Positions 11,491 to 23,670 of a stretch of 64,000 nt of DNA are shown here, one piece after another. The stretch's first letter is position 1, and each line of letters begins with the position of its first letter. Below the pieces are notes generated by a model, which saw nothing but the letters and a program-made list of their open reading frames with translations, was not told the origin of the DNA and ran no database searches. Origin of the DNA: Mobula hypostoma (lineage: Eukaryota); the NCBI RefSeq assembly GCF_963921235.1, contig NC_086107.1:105154001-105218000 (forward strand), read 5' to 3'. The position numbers and the translations under genes are program-made.

Positions 11491-12108
11491 CAGAGGCCCT
11501 GATTCAATTCTGACCTCCAGAGTTGCCTGTGTGGAGTTTTTAAGTTCTCCTCATCCGTAGTATTCAGGACATCTTCAAGGAGCGATGCCTCAAAAAGGCG
11601 GTATTCATCACTGAGGGCCTCGATGCCTTATTCTCAATACTACCTCCAAGAATGAGGTACAGAGGCCTGGAGGCACACGCCAATTCAGGAACATAATCCA
11701 TGGACACTACCTCACTAATTTTTTTTATTTTTGCACCTCTTATTTAATTTAACTATTTAATGTATATGTGCTTCATGTAATTCACAGTTTTTTTCTCTCT
11801 AATATTATGTATTGCATTGTACTGCCACATGACAATAAATTCCACAACGTACGCCCGAGTTGTTAAACCTGATTCTGATCACCGCGTGGGTTTCCTTGGG
11901 TGCTCCAGTTTCCTCCCCGTCCTGGAGATGGTGTGGGATGGCGGGCTAATTGGCCAGTGTGCTATGTTGCTAGTGTGTCGGTGAGTGGTGGAATCTGGGT
12001 GGTGTGGTGGGGGGGAGAAGTCAATGGAAACGTGTGGAGAATGGGACTAGCTCAGATGAGCATCTTGTTCAGCAAGGAGTTGGGCTGAAGGGCCTGTTAC
12101 TATCCTGT

Positions 12109-12219
12109 ATGAATCTAATGTAACACTAACGTGGGATTGATGTGAGTCAGCGGTTCGTAGCGATGAATCTAACGTAACGGGACTAACGTAGGATTGACGT
12201 GAGTCAGCGGTTCGTAGCG
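12109..12219. repeat. Tandem duplication of a 54-57 bp unit
   Basis: ATGAATCTAA...GGATTGAYGTGAGTCAGCGGTTCGTAGCG at 12109-12162 and 12163-12219. Confidence 0.9.
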
Positions 12220-12382
12220 ACAATGGACTTGTGGGCCAAAGGGCCCAGCTTCTGTGCTGTATCTCTCTGTGATATTTGAATCAGAATCAGATTTATTACC
12301 ACAGACAGATAGTGTGAGGTTTCTTGTTTTGTGGCAGCGGTACAGTGCAATATATAAAAAAGTTAATATAAATTAGAAAAAG

Positions 12383-12383
12383 A

Positions 12384-12444
<61 letters not shown>

Positions 12445-12821
12445 GAGAGAGAGAGACAGAGTCAGAGAGAGAGAGAGAGACAGACAGAGAGAGACAGTCA
12501 GAGAGAGAGACAGACAGGGAAAGAGAGAGAGAGACAGACAGACAGACAAACAGAGACAGAAACAGAGAGCAGAGACTGACAGAGACACAGAGCGAGAGAG
12601 AGACAGACAGACAGACAGTCAGAGAGAGAGAAAGAGAGAGAGAGAGACAGACAGAGACAGAAACAGAGAGAGAGAGAGCAGAGACTGACAGAGACACAGA
12701 GCGAGAGAGACACAGACAGACAGTCAGAGAGAGAAAGAGAGACAGACAGAGAGACAGAGAGAGAGAGAGAGACTGACAGAGACAGAGAGAGAGTGAGAGA
12801 GAGAGAGAGAGCGAGAGAGAG
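12383..12821. repeat. Compound microsatellite (TA)n then (GA/GACA)n within a Rex1-type 3' UTR
   Basis: Direct inspection; flanks (GAATCAGAATCAG tail at ~12278, TGAGGTA.TTTTGATGGATTCATGGAC after) match the other Rex1 3' ends. Confidence 0.9.
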
Positions 12822-14025
12822 AAAAAAAAATACTGAGGTACTTTTGATGGATTCATGGACTTTTCAGAAATCTGATGACATAGGGTATAAATTGAACCTA
12901 AAAAATTAAATGTGGGTCTTCAGGTTCCTGTAGCTCCTCCCTGATGAAAAGAGGGAATGTCCTGGGTGATGAGGGCCCTTAGTGGCTGATCCCTCCACTG
13001 GTGCAATTAGTTCAATCACAAGGTTCCAGCAATGGATGGTTGCCATTGCTTTGCTCTTTGCAGTGCATTATGGTTAGGATTAGGCTCCTGCACCCGAAGC
13101 ACAAGATCAAGATTCAAAGTAAACTTATTATCAAGGTACCATATACTATGCCGGAATTCATTTTCTTGCAGGCATTCACAGGAAAATAAATACAATAGAA
13201 TTTATGAAAAGCTATAAATTACAAAGACTGACAAACATCCAATGTGCAAAAGAGGACTAATTGTGCAAATAATAGACAAAAAGTAATAAATAATACTGAG
13301 AAGAGTTGCAGAGTCTGTGAAAGCAAGTCTACAAGAAGGATTCTCGACCTTTTTAATGCCATGGACCCCCACCATTAACTGAGGGGTCTGTGGAACCTGT
13401 CCCCCCACCCCACCCCCCAGACTGCAGCTTGTGGAATCAGTTCAGCACGAGGTGAGCAAGAACGAACCTCTGACACTGCAGCACTCCCTCCAAACTGTAC
13501 AGTGTGAGCTTGGATTGAATACACAAAACTGTGAGGACATCTATGCTAATGACACGGCGGCGTCTCCTGAGTCAGGAAGGAGTTACATCTGATGAACTCT
13601 GCTTCCCTCTGATGTTTTCACAGGGGAATTAGAAAGTGTATCCCGAGGGAACAGCCTGCACCAGCACACAGACGGGATTACACGTGGGACGGGCAAAGAA
13701 ATTTCAGGAAGTTTACACTATAAAGTAGCAGCAATGATAATCTGCAGAGACCCAGAGAGGCAGGTAGAGAGAGAGGTGTAGGCTCAGGCAGATACACATG
13801 TAGGTAGGGAGAGACCCAGGTAGGGAGACAGACAGTTGGTGGGACAATCACACAGGTGGAGATGCAGAAAGAATAGAATGGAAGCACAGAGAGGGAAAGT
13901 GGGAGAGAAATGGTCATACCAACAATTGCGGAAACATTCTCCCTTAAGTCCTTGTCTTCTCTCACGGGCGATTTCGCCTTATGCTGTATGTTTCCCTGTT
14001 GATCCCTTACACAGACACTTCCTCT

Positions 14026-14060
<35 letters not shown>

Positions 14061-14065
<5 letters not shown>

Positions 14066-14350
14066 TTTAAGGAAGTGCAAGGTTAGAACCGAGGACCTGG
14101 AGGATGTTGCTGCTCACCGTACCACTCGGCGACAGCTGTGTAGGGACGGGGTTCTTATTCTGGAGATGGAAAGAACAACCAGAAGACAGCAGAAGCGAGC
14201 CAGGAGAAATGCAGCCATGGTTGCCATCATACATGTCCCACCTGCAAAAGAGCTTGTGGGTCCAGGATAGGACTGTATAGTCATCAAAGATCTCATCGTT
14301 AAAGGAGTGGACATCGTCGTCAACGGATTTCGATGGACAATCAACAAAGA
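14061..14350 (+). mobile_element. RTE LINE 3' fragment between (GT)n tracts
   Basis: ALRKCKV...AAHRTTRRQLCRDG...RQQKRARR resembles the RTE C-terminus; 3' UTR GTCGTCAACGGATTTCGATGGAC parallels 5190-5222. Confidence 0.65.
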
Positions 14351-15194
14351 AGTGTGTGTGTGTGTATCTTTGTCTGTCTGTCTGTCTGTGTATGTGTCTC
14401 TGCAAATGTCCTGAATCATGGGAAGTTCACATCTACAGATGCGCTGGGCTGTCTGCACCACTCTCTGCAGAGTCCTGTGATTAAGGGAGGTACAGTTCCC
14501 ATTCCAGGCAGTGATGCTCTTCACTGTATGTTTCAATGTGCATCTGAGAAATAAATATGAATCTTAAATGTTGCTTACCTGGAGGATCACTCAATATGGG
14601 AAAGAGACCAAGGTCAAGTTTACTGTCGTTTACTCTACATAAATGCAACCAAGCAAAACAACGTTCCTCTGGACCAGGGTGCACCTGCAAACACGCAGCA
14701 CATAAAACAAAATATTACCATAATTATCATAGAAAAGATGACCAGGAGGAGATATGTCACCATTGATTGGAGCCAGAGCGGCTGCTGCAACGAAGCATGG
14801 TGCCGTCTAGATGTAAGTACCATGCGCGGAAGCTGGAGATTTTCTACCGCTGAGCACACCCTTGATCGGCCATTGGCTCCCAATGAGCCTGTAACCTCAG
14901 CCTCACCCTCCTTCTTAAACCCGAGGTGGGCTTCGAGCCTCCCCTCCTCTGCGTCATGAATCTGCTCTACCTCCACCTCTGTGACACTCTGCCTCAGCTC
15001 ATCTGTTGTGCCTGGAATTGTTACCTGGAGACGGAGAGCTGTTCCAATGGGCTCCTGGCTGGCCTTGCTCAGGCACCACCTAAGAATTCGCTGGCGACAC
15101 CGCTGTCGGTGGCAGAATCTCGGACAGCGACATGGAGGTGCGCAGGAATGAGATAGGGCGGCTCGTCGAGTGATGTCGCAAGGCCGTCGCACTC

Positions 15195-16190
15195 TGTAGA
15201 TTTCAGGAAGGGCAAGTCAGGAGGACACACACCAGTTTTCATCGAGGGGTCAGAAGTGGACAGGGTGGGCACTTTCAAGTTCTTGGGTGTCAACATCTCA
15301 GGGGACCTCCTGGGCCCAACACATCGATGTAATTATGAAGAAGACGTGCTGGTGGCTATACCTCATTAGGAGTTTGAGGGAATTTTATATGTCACCAAAG
15401 GCACTTGGTAATTTTTAGATTAGATTAGATTAGATTATGAGGACACGTAGTCCTCTTTATTGTCACTTAGTAATGCATGCATTAAGAAATGATACAATAT
15501 TCCTCCGGTGTGATATCACAAAACACAGGACAGACCAAGACTGAAAAACTAACAAAAACCACATAATTATAACATATAGTTACAACAGTGCAACAATACC
15601 GTAACTTGATGAAGAACAGGCCATGGCACAGTAAAAAAGTTCAAAGTCTCTCGAAAGTCCCACATCTCACGCAGACGGGAGAAAACTCTCCCTGCCATGC
15701 CCGACCACAGTCCGACTCTGAGTCGTCCGAAAACTTTGAGCTCTGATCAGCTCTCCGACACTGAGTACCGAGCGCCATCTCTATCCGAATGCTTTGACCT
15801 CAGCCTCGGTCGCCAGCAGCAGGCAAAGCCGGGGATTTTGGGGCCTTCCCTCTGGAAGATTCTCGATCGCCCAGTAACAGCGGCAGCGAACCGGCGTTTC
15901 AGAAATTTCTCCAGATGTTCCTCTGTGCTTTCACGTCTGTCTCCATCAATCAGAATTGTCCACGTCCTCTATTTAACAGAAACGATATCATTTCACCGGA
16001 GAGCTGCGCACGCTGCGTCACGCTGCCATCTTCTCCTCCCGCCTTTACAGATGTACGGTGGAGAGTATTCAAACTGGCTGCATCTCAGCCTCCGTGTATG
16101 GAGCCTGCAGTGCTCAGGATCACAAGGGGCTTCAGACGGTTGTTGTCTCAGCCAGTTCGATCAAGGGCACAACCCTCCCCACCATCAGGG
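15195..16190 (+). mobile_element. Rex1/Babar LINE RT fragment interrupted by the insert at 15416-16042
   Basis: VDFRK..., FKFLGV.IS.DL motifs; sequence resumes at TACAGATGTACGGTGGAGAGTATT after the insert. Confidence 0.8.
15416..16042 (-). mobile_element. Non-autonomous LINE-mobilised element with (ATCTA)n tail
   Basis: (TAGAT)4 tail and AATAAA signal on the minus strand; 5' end GGCGGGAGGAGAAGATGGCAGCG; non-coding, CpG-rich; cleanly interrupts a Rex1 fragment. Confidence 0.7.
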
Positions 16191-17073
16191 ACCTCTCACT
16201 CAATGTCAGCAAGACCAAGGAGCTGATTATAGACCAGAGCTCCACGAGCCAGTCATCATCAGAGGAGGAGAGGGTCAGCAACTTCAAATTCCTCAGTGTT
16301 ATCATTTCAGAGGACCTGTCCCGGGCCCAGCACGTGAGTGTAATTATGAAGAAAGCACAGCAGTGCCTCTACTTCCTAAGGAGTTTGGAGAGATTCGGCA
16401 TGACATCTAAAACTTTGACTAACTTCTATAGACCCGGATCTGGGCCGTACCCTCCAAATATCCGGACCTGACTCTCGTTTTTTTTTTGCACTACCTTACT
16501 TTCCATTTTCTATTTATGATTTATAATTTTGATTTTTAGTATTTACTATCGATTTGTAATCCAGGGAGTGGGAAGCGCAGAATCAAGTATCGCTGTGATG
16601 ATTGTACGTTCTAGTATCAATCGTTTGGCGACAATAAAGTATGAAGTACAGATGTGTAGTGGACTGGCTGCATCACAGCCTGGCATGGAAACACAAAAGC
16701 CCTTGACTATGTACGCATCCTTAAAGTGCGCTTCTCAATCAGACCTGAGGGCATGATTGTGTTACGCGCTGGCTGAGTGGTAATCAATTGCTGACTTATT
16801 TTCCCTCCCAATCCCATTCTCCTGCCTTCTCCCCATAACTTTGATGCCCTTTCTAATTAAGTACCGATCAAATCTTGCTTTAAGTCTACCCAATGACTTG
16901 GCCACCACAGCCAAGGCAATGAATTTCACAAATTCAACTAAATAAATTCCTCATTGGATTCCATGCCACTGGCACCTGGCACCTGGAAGATACTTTACAC
17001 GGAGAAGATGCTTTACAAGGTGGAAAAGCCCAACCCGACGAAGTTTCATCCCAGTGAAGGCACATGTGGCCGG

Positions 17074-17206
17074 GCTGCAGTTCCCAGTGTGGCCGCGGGT
17101 GGTGGAGCGGAGCCGCTCTACGGTTCCCGGTGTTGCCTGGCTGCAGTTCCTCGTGTGGCCGCGGGAGGTGCTGTGGAGCCGCACTGCAGTCCCCAGCGCG
17201 GCCACA
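17074..17206 (+). promoter_or_regulatory. Four ZNF143(Staf)/THAP11 SBS-like motifs in a 66-bp tandem duplication
   Basis: GCTGCAGTTCCCAGTGTGG (17074), TCTACGGTTCCCGGTGTTG (17117), GCTGCAGTTCCTCGTGTGG (17140), ACTGCAGTCCCCAGCGCGG (17183) versus consensus ACTACAnnTCCCAnnATGC. Confidence 0.6.
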
Positions 17207-17209
17207 GAC

Positions 17210-17294
17210 GGCGCCGTCGCCCGTTCCTTGTCGAGCTGCCGCCATTTTGTGACCGTGTCTCCGCTGTGGCCCCGGATCCGGCTTCTCTCGTACG
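17210..17294 (+). other. Probable non-coding first exon of an unidentified gene (start approximate)
   Basis: YY1 consensus GCCGCCATTTTG at 17238-17249; strong donor ACG|GTAAGT at 17295; no ATG in the exon. Confidence 0.65.
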
Positions 17295-17635
17295 GTAAGT
17301 CCCGCCACCGTCTCGCGTACCCACGCCTCGGCTGGTACGGTGCGCCGGGTGTCTTCCCGTGATACTTCCGGGGCGCTTTGCTGCTGGGCTGGCGGCGTGG
17401 GCGGCGCAGATTGCGCTGGGCTGCATCGGGACTGGAGAGGCCGAGGCTGTGCGGCCTGGACCCGTTCCTGCATTCGGAGGGGGGGGGGGGAAGCAGAGAA
17501 AGGCCGAGGCCTGGTCTCCAGGTCCGGCTACTGCCTGTGATCCCTGCTGGACCCTGATCCAGAGGATGGAGGCAACGATTCGACCTGGGTGCTGGCGTGG
17601 GGAATGGTGCCCTCAGATTTGGGGGGGGGTGCACC

Positions 17636-17650
17636 GTTACCATGGGCAAC
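17636..17650. promoter_or_regulatory. RFX X-box
   Basis: GTTACC-ATG-GGCAAC matches GTNRCC(n0-3)RGYAAC; flanks CC/GG extend the dyad. Confidence 0.55.
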
Positions 17651-19249
17651 GGCAGCGAGGGTACCCCGGTACCAGCTCACCGATACCTCTGTGCTGCCAG
17701 TGCAACACGGCAGGTCTACACGGCGGTGTACAGGGGAGGCTCAGACTGCAACGCGATGTGAGCATACTCTGGGCTACATCTCTAGCTACTACTGTGGACT
17801 AAGTGTTGGGTGCCAGGGCATTCGGGGACCATTTATTTTATTCATAACTAAGGAAGAGGAACGGGGGTGTTTGTAAGAAGTGCACAGGCTCCATCCTGAG
17901 GGTCTTTGTGCACTTAACTGCACGCACGCTGATTGTTTCCGTGTGAAGTGGCTCTGGTGAGAGGGATGTTAGATTTGGAGAGATCACAATGAACTTCGAG
18001 TGAAGTGGTTCACTTTCTAGAGTAGGGCAGCTCCTGTGGTATAGCTGGGAGCCCAGACATGTCAAAGTAAAGTCTTTGTTTGGGACCAGCGCAACATTCC
18101 GAGTAAGTTACAAACTACACTAGAGTAATTTGTAAGCAGAGGTAATAGGCGACGTGGAAGAAAGAGCAGTCTGCATTCCGATTGTTCTCTCGGTGTGCTT
18201 TGGAACGAGAACATGAGCATAATAACATTCAGTAAAATGCACACACGTATTTGCAAACAGGCCTACTGCACAGAGGAGAATCAAGTAACAACAATAGACC
18301 AAGTGTCTACTTTTTTCAGTACGCTGATCAATGTTGCTTCTGTGGCTATCGTCGAGTAAGGAAGTTCACACTCGAACACCGCCCCCCCCCCACCCCGGCT
18401 TGTGGGCAAAAGTTATTGTTAGCAGCTCAGTAACACTTTCCTCTTGTTTTGAAATAATGTCTTGTGTGGGGTTTTGTCAGATTTCTACCCTCAAATGTTG
18501 GTTTTGTAATGTTCATCTATCAGATCTAATGGACTGGGCCCACACAAAAGGTGGAGTAATTAGGTGAGTGCTGAGTCTTGTCACTAAGAGTGACAACATT
18601 TTGATTTTTGAGCTGTGGTGGAAAACATTAATGGTGACTTCTGTGTGAGCGCAGTCAGAAACAATGCACATTTAAATGGCCAGTAGGAACCACAGTGTGG
18701 AGGATGTAGCAGAGTCTTTAATGTCCGGTAACCTGTTGACGTGGTGATCCTCTCAGCCACCAGTCCCTTATTGTTTCATTCAATCTACTTCATATTAGGA
18801 ACAGCTTACTCTGTTGTCAAAGTATTCTTCAGAATTGATTTCAGAACGATTGTCCTTCAGGGGCATTCAAAGATTCATTCAGTATCAGAGAATGTATACT
18901 GTATACAACCTGAAATTCATACTCTTCACAGACATCCACGGAACAAGAAACCCTATAGACTGAATGATAGAAATATCGAAGTCCCCTTCCCCTTTGCAAA
19001 AGCTGCCTCAATTATTTTTATTAAGGCAGTCCAGAAACGTACTGGTTGGCAGGTTAGTTGGTCATTGTAAGTTGTTCTGTGATTAGGCTAGGGTTAAATC
19101 GAGGGATTGGTGGCCAGTGTGGCTCGAAGAGCCAGGCATGCCTGTTCTGTGCTGTATCTCAATAAATAAATGCAATTTTCAGTGTCCATTATATGGTTCA
19201 TTTCGGGGGATTTCACTGTTTTTAAATGTTCAATAAAATTGATTAATTT

Positions 19250-20170
19250 TGGTAACCAAGTCAAGCTGTATACCAGCAGTAGTATATCACTTGGATCGGT
19301 GCTGGCACCTTTGTTCTTATATGCACATTTGCAACATATGTAAATATAGGAGGTGTGGTTAGTAAGTTTGCAGGCGACGCAAAAATTATTAGTATTGATA
19401 CTGATGAAGGTAATCTTGGGTTGCAGAATGATATAAATCAGCTGGTAAATTGGACAGATCACTGACAGGTTGATTTTAGTCCCGATAAGTGTGAAGCAAT
19501 GCATCGTAAAGGTATTTGAATAATGAATAGTGGAGCCCGAGGGATTATTGTGGGGAAGAGGGACCTTGGTGTACAAATCCATACATCCCTGAAGGTAGAA
19601 ACATAGATAAGGTGGTGAAGCAGATTCATTGCTCTTATTAGAATATAAGAGCATGGAGAACACAGTTTATAAGTTGCTGGTTTGGCCACAGCTCATGTAT
19701 TGTGTGCATTTCAGCACACCATAGGAAAGACATGATGAGTGTGCGGAGATTTTCCAATACGTTGTCTGGGTTGATATGTTTCAGCTATGAGGAGAAGCTG
19801 TGTGAACCTGCTTTGTTTTTCTTGGAGCAGAGGAAAGATCGGAGAGAGGTACGGATGGATTGTCTAGTTTTATATGTTTCCATGTCAGAGATACCTAAAG
19901 CCAGGGAGTCCAGGTTCAAATTGATGGCTAAGATGTTTAGGGGGATCTGATGAAAAAGTTTTTTTTTCATCCAGGGGATGGTTAAGATCTGGAACACGTT
20001 GGTAGGGGGAAGGTATTCTGACAACATTTAAGAGGTGTCAGGATGAGTGCGTGAATTTCAAATATGTAGAAGACTGTGCTGGTAAATGGGACCAGTGTAA
20101 ATGAATACTTGTGTGACGGTTGACATGAACTTGATGACAATGGACCTATTTTGGCATTGGAAACTGTCTG
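19250..20170 (+). mobile_element. Old CR1 LINE fragment
   Basis: AGTAAGTTTGCAGGCGACGCAAAAATT (SKFADDTKI-like), RDLGV and 3' motifs, heavily decayed. Confidence 0.75.
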
Positions 20171-20278
20171 ATTCTATTCAGTACCTGTGAATGCTCTGTG
20201 TTGATGCTTTTTCCAACTTGTCTTGTTAAGTGTGCATCTTGCACAATTTCCAGGCTTTGCAATATTCCTGTAATTTCA

Positions 20279-22135
20279 GATTCAAGTTTATTATCACCGG
20301 CATGTGACGTGAGGTTTGTTAACTTAGCAGCAGCAGTTCAATGCAATACATAATCTAGAAGAGAGAAAAAATAATAAAATAAAAATGATAATAATAAATA
20401 AACAAGTAAATCAATTACAGTGTATGTATATTGAATAGATTTTTAAAAGAAGTTCAAAAAACAGAAATACTGTATATTAAACAAAGTGAGGTAGTGTCCA
20501 AAGGTTCAACGTCCATTTAGGAATCTGATGGCAGAGGGGAGGAAGCTGTTCCTGAATCACTGAGTGTGTGCCTTCAGGCTTCTGTACCTCCTACCTGATG
20601 GTAACAGTGAGAAAAGAACATGCTCTGGGTGCTGGAGGACCTTAATAATGGACACTGCCTTTCTGAGACACCGCTCCCTAAAGATGTCCTGGGTACTTTG
20701 AAGGCTAGTACCCAAGATGGAGCTGACTAGATTTACAATCCTCTGCAGCTTCTTTCGGTCCTGTGCAGTAGCCCCTCCATACCAGACAGTGATGCAGCCT
20801 GTCAGAATGCTCTCCACGGTACAACTGTAGAAGTTTTTGAGTGTATTTGTTGACACGCCAAATCTCTTCAAACTCCTAATGAAGTATAGATGCTGTCTTG
20901 CCTTCTTTATAACTTCATCAATATGTTGGGACCAGGTTAGATCCTCAGAGATCTTGACACCCAAGAACCTGAAACTGCTCACTCTCTCCACTTCTGATCC
21001 CTCTATGAGGATTGGTATGTGTTCCTTTGTCTTACCCTTCCTGAAGTCCAAAATCAGCTCTTTTGTCTTCCTGACGTTGAGTGCCAGGTTGTTGCTGCAG
21101 CACCACTCCACTAGTTGGCATATCTCACTCCTGTACGCCCTCTCGTCACCACCTGAGATTCTATCAACAATGGTTGTATCGTCAGCAAATTTATAGATGG
21201 TATTTGAGCTATGCCTAGCCACACAGTCATGTGTAAATAGAGAGTAGAGCAGTGGGCTAGGCACACGCCCCTGAAGTGCGCCAGCATTGATCATCAGTGA
21301 GGAGGATATGTCATCACCAATCTGTACAGAGACTGTGGTCTTCCAGTTAGGAAGTCGAGGATCCAAGTGCAGATGGAGGTACAGAGGCCCATGTTCTGCA
21401 ACTTCTCAATCAGGATTGTGGGAATGATGGTATTAAATGCTGAGCTATAGTTGATGAACAGCATCCTGACATAGGTGGTCTAAAGCCGTGTGGAGAGCCA
21501 TTGAGATTGCATCTGCTGATGGCCTATTGTGGTGATAGGCAAATTGCAATGGGTCCAGGACCTTGCTGAGGCAGGAGTTCAGTCTAGTCATGACCAACAT
21601 CTCAAAGCATTTTATCACTGTCGATGTGAGTGCTACCGGGCAATAGTCATTAAGACAGTCCACATTATTCTTAATAGGCACTGGTATAATTGTTACCTTT
21701 TTGAAGCAAGTGGGAACTTCTACCCATAGCAGTGAGAGGTTGAAAGTGTCCTTGAATATACTCCCACTAGCTGGTTGGCTCAGGTTTTCAGAGCCTTACC
21801 AGATACTCCATCGGGACCTTCTGCCTTGCGAGGTTCACTCTCTTTAAAGATAGCCTAACATTGGCCTCTGTGATGGAGATCACGGGGTCATCAGGTGCAG
21901 CAGGGATCTTCACAGCAGTAGTTGTGTTCTCCCTTTCAAAGTGGGCATAGAAGGTGCTGAGTTCATCTGGTAGTGAAGCATCGCTGTCATTCATGCTATT
22001 GGGTTTCGCTTTGTAGGAAGTAATGTCTTGCAGACCCTGCCAGAGTTGTTGTGCATCCGATGTTGCCTCCAACCTCGTTTGAAATTGTCTCTTTGCCCTT
22101 GAAATAGCCCTCCGTAAATCATACCTGGTTTTCTG
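20279..22135 (-). mobile_element. Rex1/Babar LINE, 5'-truncated with RT domain
   Basis: ORF 20557-21366 (GALQG.V.SPLLYSLFTHDC, KFADDTTIV, FRFLGV.ISEDLTW); 21445-21681 (LNDY.PVALTS, LDPLQFAY); 21788-22168. Confidence 0.95.
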
Positions 22136-22278
22136 GGATAGGGCTTTTATTCTTTTGTCATAGAACATAAATAAGACACACAGGATTGTTACGTATTTTA
22201 CAGCTTCCTTTTAATCATTTGTCATACTCACAAAATCATTTTCAAAAATCCCTGGCAAGTACTTGTAAAACTTAAGAT

Positions 22279-22620
22279 AACACACACAAAATACTGGTGG
22301 AATTCAGCAGGTCAGGCAGCATCTAGAGGGGGAAGACGCCAGAATAAAAAGGTGGGTGGAGGGGAAGGAGGATAGCTGGAAGGTGATAGGTGAAGCCAGG
22401 TGAGTGGGAAAGGTAAAGGTCTGGAGAAGAAGGGATCTGATAGGAGAGGAAAGAGGATCATAGGAGAAAGGGAAGGAGGAGGAGACCCAGGGGGAGGTGA
22501 TAGACAGGTGAGAAGAGATAAAAGGCCAGAGTGGAGAATAGAAGAAGAGGGGAGAGGAAGGAAAAAAATCTTTTACCGGAAGGAGAAGTCAATATTTATG
22601 TCATCAGGTTGAAGGGTACC
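22279..22620 (-). mobile_element. Penelope-like element 3' region (hammerhead segment deleted)
   Basis: Minus strand GTLQPD..NIDFS-like endonuclease C-terminus followed by the pyrimidine-rich 3' region, as at 51380-51755. Confidence 0.75.
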
Positions 22621-23424
22621 AACCTTGTAAAACTTGTTGCAGGAGGCTTCTTTGGGAAAGAATTGCGAAGTAGCCAGTTGCTTAATTCACTGTGATTTCT
22701 GCTCAGCTAAATTCACCAGTGGCATGCTGTTCCTGAGGCTTTCTTTTCCCTCTAGTTGTAGTTCTGTACTGTTCTCGAAGTTGAGACTGAATTTAAAAAA
22801 ACTCATATGCACTGAGTTGTTATTCTGGAAACCTGGCAGATGGTTTGTTGGTGACCACAGAAATGAGACTGTTCAGCCTTTCCATCAGCATTATTTCAGT
22901 AGTCCTCATTTTCGATTACGTATTATTTGTCTCTTTTGCTTTTTGTCCCTTTTTTGTCTGTGATTGTGCTCTGAAGTTTATTGCCACCATCAGGAGACTT
23001 ATCAGTCCATTCCATAGACAAAAGGGATTGGTTGGTATACTGTGTGTGAGTTATAAAAACCATATTGGCACTCTGAAAGAAAAAATGTAAATTCTAAATG
23101 GTGTGGGTCTTTATCAGCACAGATAAATGAATAAACCTCTTTTCCAAATGCCTTTCTGAGATCAGGAAGCCCATTTTAATAAACTGAAGCTTGTTCTTTA
23201 CACTTAGTGATGGGAGCTGTGATTTAATCGGAACTTTCTTTACTTACAAACAGAGTTAAATCTGGGTCGCTAGAGGCTGCAGGGATGTAGATGGATGATG
23301 TTCCTTCCTGCTTTATCATTGGTTAAAATCAAAAACTTTTGGCCCAACCAATACTCATCAGAAAGATCCTGGACTAAATCCTAGTTTCGTACTCTGTTAA
23401 TCCATAAAAAGAAATTCTGGTTGT

Positions 23425-23670
23425 CTGGGTAGTCGCCAACCTGATGGCATAAATATCAATTTCTTCTTCTAATAAAAAAATAATTTTTCCCTCTCCCTCT
23501 CCTCTTCTACTTACTCACTCTGGCCTCTTACCTCTTCTCACCTCCCTATTACCCTCCTCCTCCCCTTTCTCCTATCTCCTCTTCTATCAGACTCCTCCAG
23601 CCCTTTATCTTTCCAACACACCTGGTTTCTCCTATCACATTCTAGCTATCCTCCTTCCCCTCCCCCCACC
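23425..23670 (+). mobile_element. Penelope-like element 3' region, inverted relative to 22279-22620
   Basis: GGTAGTCGCCAACCTGATGGCATAAATATCAATTTC followed by a pyrimidine-rich tract ending CTAGCTATCCTCCTTCCCCTCCCCCCACC. Confidence 0.7.

Larger units (their letters stand above)
17065..17760. promoter_or_regulatory. CpG island / housekeeping-type promoter
   Basis: Dense CpG and GC-rich sequence in a CpG-depleted background, not matching any repeat in the window; carries SBS-like, YY1 and RFX motifs and a splice donor. Confidence 0.85.

Noticed and set aside
12296..12856. 186-aa Ser/Leu-rich ORF
   Set aside because: Translation of a (GA/GACA)n microsatellite.
15697..16410. 237-aa ORF
   Set aside because: Chance read-through across the antisense of a non-coding insert and out-of-frame Rex1 fragments.
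16934..17876. Many overlapping ORFs on both strands, including a Kozak-like AAAATGGCGGC on the minus strand
   Set aside because: Expected in a GC-rich island; no recognisable domain. The ATG is the YY1 motif read backwards and has no following splice donor.
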